A stretch of 64,000 bases of DNA from Naegleria gruberi (taxonomy: Eukaryota), in NCBI GenBank assembly GCA_000004985.1, contig GG738885.1; one strand, 5' to 3'. The translations under genes were made by a program, and so were the position numbers. Shown here piece after piece: positions 42,072 through 52,437 of the stretch. The notes beneath the pieces were generated by a model. It had not been told where the DNA came from. It searched no databases and was given only the letters and a program-made list of their open reading frames with translations. Numbering within the stretch: the first letter of the stretch is position 1; every line of letters begins with the position of its first letter.

Positions 42072-45000
42072 ATGTTTTCTTGTTTCTTTCATGATATTTG
42101 CATCAAACTAGTTGTTGATCAACAAGATAATAGTTTGACTGAAGAAACATCATCTTCAATAATGGTTGTTGATTGTTTCTCTCTATTACAAGATCATTAT
42201 CGGAATGTTATTTCAAAACTACTAGAAAGAAATGAATATATTCATGTTCATCATTTAAATCAATTATTCGCTTTTGAACGATACAGTGTTAGAAAAATTA
42301 ATTCCTTCCTCTCTCCAACTGAACATCCATTCCTCGATAATGATTCAACTCTTGTTTTTATAAAGGTTTTGAAATTTAGGGGAGATTTATTGACATTTGC
42401 ATCGGAAAGAATTAAAAGTGATGAAACAATGGTTATGATGGCAATAAAGAATAGATTGTCATCATTGGAATGTATTGGTGAAAAATTGAAACAAGATAGA
42501 AAATTTGTAAAGAAGGCAATTAAATTGGCAAAACGTGTTGTCAATCCTTTACAATATTTTAAAGATTTTCAAGATGATGAAGAAATTTGCAAAATGGCAG
42601 TCAAGTGTAAAGGAAGTTCTTATGAGAGTGTATCTGATAGATTAAAGAATGATGAAACTATTATACAAGATGCACTTTCATCTGCTGGATCTAGTATTCA
42701 ACATGTTCCACATCATTTAATTAATAGAGAGCTAGTTTTGTTGGCACTTAAATCAGCTCCATTTTGTTTCCAATTCATTCCACCAGAATATAAGAATGAT
42801 AATGAATTGATATTAATTACTGCTAAAAATAATCCATATATATTGAAACAATTACCAAATCTGTTGAATGAAAGATCATTTGTATTGGAGTTGGTTAAAT
42901 TAAATGGAGTTTGTATTCAATTTTTATCAGAGGAATTAAAGAATGACAGAGAAATTGCTATAGAGGCCACAAAAGAAAAATTCAACTCAGGATTTAGGTT
43001 TTTAAGTGATGAATTTAGAAAAGAAAGAGAGTTGGCTTTGATGGCTGTAAAATCAGATTTTTATAATCTGAAGCACGTTTCCAATGAATTGCAACAAGAT
43101 AAGGAATTTGTGAGAATTTGTATTAAATCCAAGACAGATTTAACAAGTTACATGGCTAATGATACTTATGATTCAATTAGAATTAATGATAGGGAATTTT
43201 TATTTGAAATTATAGAAAAATTTTATAATTATTCAGAATATAAGTTGTATTTGAGTAGCGGTAAGGAGATTGTTGAGAGATTTTTAAAAGTGGATCCAAA
43301 TTGCTTTCAGTGTTTTGATTTACTTCATAATGAAAGAAGTATTGTAATGGAGCTGATACCACACAGTATTGATATTTTGAAACTTTCATCAGTGGAATTA
43401 AGGAATGATAGAGAAATTATTAGAAAGGCCATTTGTTTTCATGATGGAGCTTTGGAATTTGCATCAAATGTTTTGCAAAACGAAAGAGAAATTGTATTAG
43501 AGGCAATTTATTACAATTCAACAAATTACAAATATGCTTCCGAAGAATTGAGGAATGATAGAGAAATATTAGAATACGTTCTTGTAAGAAACGGTAATTT
43601 GATTGCCTATGCATCCGAAACTTTACGAAACGATAAGAATTTGGTAATGCTAGCCCTTAAAAATTCCACGCAAAATATCTCAAAATATATCGGATACAAA
43701 CTAAAGCGAGATAGAGAAGTAGTTTTAGAATGTGCTAAGAGATATCCATGCCTTGATGTAATTTCCTTAGATTTCAGATTTGATAGAGAAATAGTTTCAC
43801 AAGTTATTCAAAAATATGGAGAGGAATTTAAATTTGCTTGCGAATCTATTCGCAATGACAAGAATTTGGAATTAATTGCCCTTACTAATGGATTATCTCT
43901 GAAATATATCAAATCTCAACAAGATAGAGAACTAGTAATGTACTCTGTAAAATATTCTGGAGAAAATCTTCAATATGTAAATGAAGAATTCAAAAATGAT
44001 GAAGATATTACTTTAATAGCTATGGAAACATCCAATGGAAATGCGTTAGAATTTGCGAGTGAAAGATTTAAATCTGATAAGGATTTAATTAGGAAATACA
44101 TCAAAACAAATGAACATGTACTCAAATATGTTTCACAGAATTTACTTTCTGGTAGGAAGTTTATTAAGGAAATGTTATCAATTAATGGACTTGCATTACA
44201 ATTTCTTCCCAATAGGATGAGAAGAGACAGAGAGATTGTGTTGCACGCCATTAAATCAAATGGAGATGCCCTTCCATTTGCACTTGGGGGTTTAACTAAG
44301 GATTGCGAATTACGCACAATTGCATTTTCAAATGGATTGAAATTTAAAGCACGTTTTGGCTTCGATGATCTAAACAAGGAATTGATATTGGATATTGTAA
44401 AAACAAATCCAAAAATGCTGAATATAATTTTAGCTATGAAAAAAGAATTTAGGAACGATCCAGATATTATTCAAAGTGCTGTAAAAATAGATTTGGAATA
44501 TTTGGACTATTGTGCAACTTATGGAAAATTGAAAACGGATCGAAATTTTATTTTACAACTCGAAACAAATGAATTTAATTTGATGAAAATTCCATACAAA
44601 TTTAGAAGTGATAGAGAAATTGTTTTAAAGTCATTGAAAAGTTATGGAAAATCAATCATGTACATTTCTAGTGATGAATTGAAAAAGGAAATTTCACAAG
44701 ATCGAAATATTTTATTGGAATCCATTCAAAGTTGTGATGGTTTCATATTTTTATTTGCAAGTAATGAATTACAACAAGATGAAACATTTATTGAAGAATG
44801 TATTTCCAAAAATGGAATGGTTTTAAGATTTTTATCTGAAAAATATAGAAATAATATATCACTACTCATGAAAGCAGTTGAAAATAATGAAAATTCGTTG
44901 AAATTTGCTTCCAATAATTTATTAACAAATAAGGAATTGATATTACATGCTGTGAAACATTTTCCAAATTCTTTAAAATATGCCAGTTATGAATTGAGGG

Positions 45001-45089
45001 ACGATAAAGATATAGTGATGGAAGCTATTCGAATAGATCCTAAATCAATCAAGCATGCTTCTATTGAATTACAACAGACTTTACAATAA
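42072..45089 (+). CDS. Large tandem-repeat protein: about 25 copies of a ~36-aa alpha-helical repeat (L.FAS..L.ND.E.V..A.K.NG.AL.YAS), DUF4116-like
   Basis: 1005 aa with ATG at 42072. The unit recurs through the whole protein (..LKNDREIAIEATKEK / LRNDREIVLEAIYYNSTNYKYASEELRNDREILEYVLVRNGNLIAYASETLRNDKNLVMLALKNS ...). The DUF4116 assignment comes from memory of that family and needs an HMM check. Confidence 0.5.
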   Translation: MFSCFFHDICIKLVVDQQDNSLTEETSSSIMVVDCFSLLQDHYRNVISKLLERNEYIHVHHLNQLFAFERYSVRKINSFLSPTEHPFLDNDSTLVFIKVLKFRGDLLTFASERIKSDETMVMMAIKNRLSSLECIGEKLKQDRKFVKKAIKLAKRVVNPLQYFKDFQDDEEICKMAVKCKGSSYESVSDRLKNDETIIQDALSSAGSSIQHVPHHLINRELVLLALKSAPFCFQFIPPEYKNDNELILITAKNNPYILKQLPNLLNERSFVLELVKLNGVCIQFLSEELKNDREIAIEATKEKFNSGFRFLSDEFRKERELALMAVKSDFYNLKHVSNELQQDKEFVRICIKSKTDLTSYMANDTYDSIRINDREFLFEIIEKFYNYSEYKLYLSSGKEIVERFLKVDPNCFQCFDLLHNERSIVMELIPHSIDILKLSSVELRNDREIIRKAICFHDGALEFASNVLQNEREIVLEAIYYNSTNYKYASEELRNDREILEYVLVRNGNLIAYASETLRNDKNLVMLALKNSTQNISKYIGYKLKRDREVVLECAKRYPCLDVISLDFRFDREIVSQVIQKYGEEFKFACESIRNDKNLELIALTNGLSLKYIKSQQDRELVMYSVKYSGENLQYVNEEFKNDEDITLIAMETSNGNALEFASERFKSDKDLIRKYIKTNEHVLKYVSQNLLSGRKFIKEMLSINGLALQFLPNRMRRDREIVLHAIKSNGDALPFALGGLTKDCELRTIAFSNGLKFKARFGFDDLNKELILDIVKTNPKMLNIILAMKKEFRNDPDIIQSAVKIDLEYLDYCATYGKLKTDRNFILQLETNEFNLMKIPYKFRSDREIVLKSLKSYGKSIMYISSDELKKEISQDRNILLESIQSCDGFIFLFASNELQQDETFIEECISKNGMVLRFLSEKYRNNISLLMKAVENNENSLKFASNNLLTNKELILHAVKHFPNSLKYASYELRDDKDIVMEAIRIDPKSIKHASIELQQTLQ

Positions 45090-45562
45090 AATTGGCGCCA
45101 AAAATACCACAACAAAATAAACAATGAAAGTGAATGCATACACACAACTTAAAAAGAAGATCAAGCCTTCTTCTCAAGATGGATTAAATCTTCCGAATGA
45201 AATGATTAGTATTTCTGATGAATTCAATGCAAGAAAATACAAAAATAACTTGGAAATCGACTATTTTAGAATAAACAAGACTAAACTTTTCAACTGAGTT
45301 CATACAAGAAAACAAGATGTTACCCATTCAAATTTGTAATCTTTATTCCAAACTTCATTCGAATCTTTCAAGTCAACCCACTTAAACAGTTCAAAAAATA
45401 AACCACATTTTAAATAATTCCATTTTTAGACCTTAATCTCAGCACCTAAACAGATCGATCCAAAACAGTTAAAAAAAAAGCGAAGCAATTTTGTCGCTAT
45501 CTAGTTTTTCAAGCGAAAACAAAAACAACAACAACAACAATTTAAAATCAACACTCAATACA

Positions 45563-47964
45563 ATGAAGTTACCTCTGAGATTGGCTAATAAGAGCAAGAC
45601 TGCGCTCAAGAAGAGTTTCATTCCTAATAGCTTTGTGAATACAATGAAGAGAAATTATGCTTGTGGAGGAGGTGTTTGTGATGGAAGTGGAGGATGTGGA
45701 GGAAAAGGAGGACACCACCATCATAACCATCCTGAAGAAATTGCTACTTTAAATTCTAATCAACCAACCCATTCCCATGCTTTTGGTCAATATACATCAA
45801 ATGTTAACGATCCAAAGAATAGTGGTAGGTTTTATTCCGAAGTTGTTTTTTAATTATCATCATGATTGTAATCTATTAATCCCTTTCATTATCTCGTTTC
45901 ATTATCTTCATCATCTTGAAAATTATACAACATTACTTGATAATCATCTTATAATAATAACTCATAGATACTGTAAATATTTTCCTCAATGGTCTTCCTA
46001 TTCGTGTTCCAAAGAATTTGACAATCTTGGAAGCACAATTGTTTTACAACAAGTTTGTTGCTAAGAATATGGATATTATGGGAGAGAAATCCCAAGTTGA
46101 TATTCCAACATTGTGTTATCATCCACGTTTGAAGGAACACTCACCTGCTAACTGTAGAATTTGCCTCGTTGAAGAGGAAATTAACCCACTCGATGTAGAA
46201 CAACAAATGAGTTATGCCATTCGTCGTCCATATCCAAAACCAGAAGAACGTCTTACTAAACTTGTGCCATCATGCACTAATCATGTTAAGGAAGGAGGAT
46301 GTTATTGGACTCGTACTCAAACCACCCACGAAAATACCAGATCCATTCTTAAATTCCTTCTCTCTCACCACAATTTGGATTGTCCATCATGTTCTGCAAA
46401 CGGAATGTGTGAACTTCAAGATTTATTGGAAAAGTATCACATCTCAAAGAAGGATCTCCCACCTTCATTGCGTGACAACTTTACTAACACTTCATCAGAA
46501 GAAGTTTTAGTTTCCAACATTGGAACACCAGAGTATATGACAATTGGTGATATTCAAATTGATCCAGACAAATGTATTAGATGTACTCGTTGTATCAGAA
46601 CTTGTACTTTTATTCAAGAACGTGATGCCCTCTCCATGTCAGGACGTGGTCACAATGAATCAGTTCAACAATTGAACCTCGTTTTGAGTGAAGTCAGTAA
46701 TGGAACTGAAGAAAGATCTCCATGTATTTCATGTGGTCAATGCAGTCAAATTTGTCCAGTTGGTGCCATCTCCATTAAGGCTCAACTTGATGAAGTTTCC
46801 GAACTTTTATTACAAAAGAGTGTAATGAACGCTTTTGATAATAAGGAAAAGGATTATATTATGGTTGCATCAACTGCTCCAGCTGTTCGTGTTGCCATTT
46901 CTGAAGAATTTGGTAAGGAACCAGGTCACTATACTGCCTCTCAAATGGTTCAAGGTTTGAGAAAGCTTGGTTTTGACTATGTTTTCGATACTCTCTTCTC
47001 TGCTGACTTGACCATTATGGAAGAAGGTACTGAACTTATCAAGAGACTTACAAGTGAAACTCCAGGCCCATTCCCTATGTACACTTCATGCTGTCCTGGT
47101 TGGGTTAACTTGGTTGAAAGTGATTTCCCTGAAATTATTCCAAACGTCAGTTCTTGTAAATCACCACAACAAATGTTGGGATCTGTTATTAGAAATTACT
47201 GGACACCAAAGATGCAACAACACATTAAGGGTAAGAAGGTTATTCACGTTTCTATCATGCCTTGTACAGCTAAGAAGGGTGAAGCTCAAAGACCAGAAAT
47301 GGGTGTTCCAGATAAGGATGGTAACATTGTTCCAGATATTGACTATGTTTTGACCACTCGTGAATTGGGTAAACTTTTCAAGATGCATCAAGTCCATGAT
47401 TTGGAAACCAAGAGTGTTGGCAATGAAGTTGGAGATTATGACTCTCCAATTGCTGAAGGTACTGGTGCTGCTGTCATTTTCGGTGTTACTGGTGGTGTCA
47501 TGGAAGCTGCTTTGAGAACTGCTTATGAAATTCTTGAAAAGAAGCCATTGGAAAGATTAAACTTGCAAGAAGTTAGAGGTTTGGATGGTATTCGTTCTGC
47601 CACTATCAACATTGCAGGTGTGGATGTTAAGGTTGGTGTTGCTCACGGTTCTGGTAACTTGAAGAGGTTGGTAAATTATACCAAGACTTTGGATCCAAAG
47701 GATCAATTCCACTTTATTGAAATGATGGCCTGCCCAAGTGGTTGTGTAGGTGGTGGTGGTGAACCAAAGATTGTTGAAAAATTGGAACACCAAGATAGAG
47801 TCAAGAGAAGATTACAAGCCATCTACAAGTTGGACGAAGCTGCAATCACAAGAAAGAGTCACGACAATAGAGAAATCCAACAATTATACAACGAATATTA
47901 TAAGGAACCATGCGGTCATAAGGCTCACCACGAATTACACACTCACTACACCAACAAGAAATAA
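45563..47964 (+). CDS. Long-form (CpI-like, M3-type) [FeFe]-hydrogenase with an ~87-aa N-terminal extension (targeting-like presequence plus a Cys/Gly/His-rich segment); exons 45563-45824 and 45968-47964
   Basis: A 143-nt intron (donor GTAGGT at 45825, acceptor CTCATAG ending 45967) joins the two exons in frame; both are phase 1. Exon 2 begins with the 2Fe-2S ferredoxin-like domain (DTVNIFLNGLPIRVPKNLTILEA...VDIPTLCYH...CRIC), then the FS4C-like CPSCSANGMCELQ. Two 4Fe-4S motifs follow (CIRCTRCIRTC; CISCGQCSQICPVGAI). The H-cluster motifs are L1 TSCCPGW, L2 MPCTAKKGEAQRPEM and L3 MACPSGCVGGGGEP. Exon 1 reads MKLPLRLANKSKTALKKSFIPNSFVNTMKRNYA (no acidic residues), then CGGGVCDGSGGCGGKGGHHHHNH. 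The track ORF 46018 starts at a TTG inside exon 2. Confidence 0.85.
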
Positions 47965-48050
47965 AATTGCCATTTTTGAGGATTTTGCTCCAAATATTAA
48001 TTTCTCGAAGGAGAATTTCAATCTTACTGAGGAAACAAGTAATAAAATTT

Positions 48051-50543
48051 TTATTGATTTGAAGCCTGGCTTCTTGTTATTGTAATTGTTGTCTCTGGTT
48101 GATCCGTCGACTGTGCTTCCACTTTTCTTGCAGAAGACAGTGAAGATTGTTGATTGTGAGCTGTGTTTCTCAAGAAATTCTTGATATCATTTTCATTAGC
48201 TCTTACCGACATTGTACTAAATCTTGAGGAGACATTGTCGTTTTTCAGACCAACAAATCCATGAGCACTTGTATGCTTTCTTAGATCCGCTGAATGAGTT
48301 CTTGTCTTTCTGACTTCTGTTTGAGCAGATTCTGGCTCGTCGTCTTGTTTCCAAACTTCTATTGATTCAGTTGCCTCACTTAATACACTTTCATTTGGTG
48401 GTGAAATTGAAATATCAATTGGAGCTCCAGAAATCTTTGGAGGAGCAAGTCTATCATCACGGAATTTACCATATATTGAACCATCTTTGGTAGATCTTGT
48501 AGAATAATTTGTGTGTGAAGATGTAGGTCTCGAACTTAATTGTCTTAATGATCGCTTTGTACTCAATGTACGATAAATTGGATTATTACTGTATAAATCC
48601 TCATCGTCAGAATCATCTGAAAAGTACTTATTTGGATAATCATCAAAAGTAAATCCATCATCTTCAAAATATTCTTCCTCTTCATCATCACCTTTTTTAC
48701 TTCTTGTTGTATATTCGTGAGGTGTTCTCGGTGTAATATTAACAGATACTTGTGAGAATGTACTCAAAGCTTCTACTAAATCTATTGTAATAAATGGATG
48801 TTGTAAAAGTTGTTTAGCAGTTGGACGTTTTGATGGATCACGTTGTAAACAGCTTCTAATAAAGTCTTTTGCTACTTGTGAAGAATTTGATGGAATTTCA
48901 ACAGAATCATCTTCTGTTGTCATGATATAGTGCATTAATTGAATGGGATGTACTGGTTGTTCAAATTTAGATAAAACATGAGACCAAGGAGGATTTTGAG
49001 AAAACATTTCACAAATTGTACAACCAAACGACCAAATATCAGCAGCTTGTGTATATGATCTATCTCTAATAACTTCAGGAGCAATATAATTTGGTGTACC
49101 TCTAATAATATTTGAATTAATAGTTTGAGTTGTTTCATCTCCCAGTGCTAAAGAGCTCAACTTTTTAGAGCATCCAAAATCTGTCAAGTAAACATTACTC
49201 CTTTCATCAACAAGAATATTACCACTCTTGATATCACAATGAACAATTCCATTTTCATGTAAATAGCTCAACCCTTCTAGAATTTGTTTTGAATACTTTC
49301 TAATTAAATTTTCAGGCAATGAAAATTCTAGTAATAAAGTTTCCATAGATCCACCTGGAATATAATCCAAAAATATATTCAAATGGTTATTAGCAACAAA
49401 ACTTCCCAAGTATCGTACAATGTGTGGATGATCAAATTGAGACATGAGTTCAACTTCTTCCATGATTTTCTTTACTTCTTCTCTATTTGTCTTTCCTTTG
49501 ATTTCAATTTCTTTAATTGCCATCATTTGTCCAGTTTCAGAATTTATACCTAAATAAACTTTACCATTTGCACCTGCACCAATCATATTACCTTTTATCC
49601 AAGTTTTAATTTTAGATACTCTCCTAGATGGGAATTTTTTAGTAGTTGTAAGTGGACTAGAAGGTAGACCATCATTTCTAAGTTTGTTTGCAGAATCTTC
49701 AATAATAAGTTTAGGTTTTTTATAAACATTTGCTGAAACAGAATTTTGAAAATTTAGAAATTTTTCAACAGAACTTTCAACAAAATGATCCAAATCTGTT
49801 TGAGTTCTTATTGATATTAATTCATTTTTATCCTCATCATCCGCATATTTAATATTAATTTTATCATGTAAATTATCACAAGCTAAAAAGTTATTATAAT
49901 GACTAGAAATAATTTCAAATAAACCATCCATAGACATTCCTAAAAATACAGATACAATAGTTGTTTCCTCTTTGTAAGAGAGTTTTACCTTTATCCTTTT
50001 TCCAGATAAAGAATTTGATGAATTTGATTTTGTTATACTTGATGTATTACTCTTTTTTGATGATCCTGATGATGAAGTTCTCTTCATTGTAGAAATAGAA
50101 GTATCAAAACTCCTAACAAGATTTTCTTGTGCTGAATGAATTTGATCATCACCACATTTTACAAGTTGAAATTTGTAGGCTGGCTTTTGCCAAAACCTAG
50201 CACGATTAATAAGTCTTAATTCTACATTTGAATTACCATTCTCCTCCGATATTGAAAATGTATTATTAAATTCTCCTTTTTGACCTCTCCCATATAGAAT
50301 TCCATCAGCTAGGAATATTTCTTGTCCTTGAGAAGATGTTACTTTAAATATAAATTGAAATTTTGAATTTCCTGCTGATTCTATTATTATACTATATTCA
50401 CCTGGTGATAACTGTTTGGGAATTTAATTAAAATCTTATTATGTTTTTTGCTTGAAGACACTTACCTCGTTTTGAATAATTCTTTCCTTCTCCGGGAGTG
50501 TATCTTCTTCTTGTAATTCAAATCGTGAAGATCCCTTTACCAT
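48051..50543 (-). CDS. STE-group MAP3K-like serine/threonine protein kinase with a PB1 domain and an N-terminal beta-rich domain; exons 50543-50466 and 50411-48051
   Basis: ATG is at 50543 (MVKGSSRFELQEEDTLPEKERIIQNE). A 54-nt intron (GTAAGT...AAACAG) follows. A ~120-aa domain comes next (..SIIIESAGNSKFQFIFKVTS..VELRLINRARFWQKPAYKFQLVKCGD). The PB1-like region is KRIKVKLSYKEETTIVSVFLGMSMDGLFEII...INIKYADDEDKNELISIRTQTDLD. A Ser-rich linker follows. The kinase has GAGANGKVYLG, AIKEI, HPHIVRYLGSF, HENGIVHCDIKSGNILV, DFGCSK and GTPNYIAPE. The C-terminal tail is low-complexity. Confidence 0.75.
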
Positions 50544-52437
50544 TGCTGTTATGATGCAATATTAATAATAATAAACAACAATAGAAAAACAATAAACCGA
50601 AATTTTAAAGTTTGGTTATATATATTGTTGTGATATTAATCACACTACAATAAACTCACTTTTAAAAGAGGCAATATCTTCAATAGCACTCTCAGCAAAA
50701 CTAGTAATAAAAGGATTACTATTCCTTTTTCCTTGTCCGTTTGATGAGAACATTTTTTTTAATGTCATAAGGAAAACAATTTCAAATTTCTCTTCGTTGC
50801 TTGTTGAGATACTATTGAGAGAACTCGACTGGATGAACTCATTGACTTTTGATTGGTTAATTCTTCCAAAGAAGACAATTTAATCAAATATTTTTATTTG
50901 AGCATTTTGTCTTTATTGAACCAGTTTGAAATTTAATTTACATTCCTCAGATATGAGTATAATTTGCGTGAAAAGTGTTTGTGAAATTCACAATGTAAAA
51001 ACAGTGTGAGTTCTAGTTCATAGTGAAAACAAGCAGTGAGCACAAATCTCGATAATATAGAATTGCTGAATAAATATTAGTGTCTAAAAACCAGCAAGCT
51101 ATAAACTAATCAAAATTTTAGAACAAAAATGAAACGAAAACTAGAAAACAGCACAGAAGCCTCAAACAAATTAAGCAAACAAAACACAACTGATACCGCA
51201 ACGTATGGATCATTGATACCAACAATAGAACAACTTCCCACAGGGAACCACAGTGAGGTTATTGCTCTATTAAAAGAAGATGCTTGTTGATAGAACCAAC
51301 TGGATTGACTTTTTTAAAATAATTCCCAAGATTTATGTTACAAACCAAGATTTCTAACATCACCACCAAGAGAAAAGAGTGCATCGGAACAGTATATTTC
51401 AGAAATGGATTTATAAAACATTGAATTTGCCAAATAATAAAATTTGCCAATAAATCATTTGAATTCTTTGGTAGAGTTCAGTAATTTTCAAAATTATTCT
51501 CAAATAATTCTCAAATAATCAATGCGAAGTGTACATCCTCAATATCATTTCCAAATAGGTGTAAATTGGGATCCCAATTTCTTTTCTAACATTTTTTGTT
51601 GTTTTTTGGAATATCTCATAATTGTTGGTAATTTGGCAGTGAATTCTTTAACCATTTGTAAACTATCAACAAAATTACAGTTTGTAAATTGATTCATACT
51701 ATATACTTTTACAACAATTACACGTGATACTACTGATTTCACAATAGTTGCATAATCAGCTCCTCTCAAAGCTTAATAAATCTATCCTCTTTGATTAGAT
51801 TGTAAAGTTCGCATAGTCTCCATTGAAAAGTAAATTGGTTTTTTGCTTTCCTCCACAGTATTTAAGCCCATTTCATATACTATTGGATCGTGATCTGATG
51901 ATTTATAAGCATTTCTTATTATGTTGTTGATAAATTTGTAGAAGAAGTGGTTGATGCTTTGATTCTTGATTCTTTTTCAGCAAAGTTCTTTCACAACTTT
52001 CGTAATTTAAACAATTTTGCACATGAAGAACAGATTTGGAATGTGTCTTCAAGTGATCATTATTTTCTTTCCAATTAGATTGCCAATTTCACGTCCTATT
52101 TTGTTTAAATTAATTCCGAGACAAACATCACAATGTTCTGAAGCATCACTTATAAAACTATTATCTTTTGTGGTGTTTTGACATTTTTTAATTCCATCAA
52201 ACAATCACGAAGAGAATTACTAGTAATTTTCTTGTTGTGTGGCACAACTTTATCTTCCCATCAAGTAAAACGTTTCCGATTCTGAAGCAGATTGAATGAT
52301 TTATGACTTTCAAAGTAGTTGTTCAATTAACAATCAAACCATGTTACATAGAATAGAACCAAAGAAAAAAAGAAACCTTTATTAGCTTAAGAAGAATATT
52401 CAACGTTCTTGTTCGTAAAGTTGTCTTTTTAAACAAA

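Noticed and set aside
46018-47964. ORF-track entry for the hydrogenase starting at 46018 (MTILEAQ)
   Set aside because: Position 46018-46020 is TTG, not ATG. The frame continues upstream to an acceptor at 45967, and the real start is the ATG at 45563 in exon 1.
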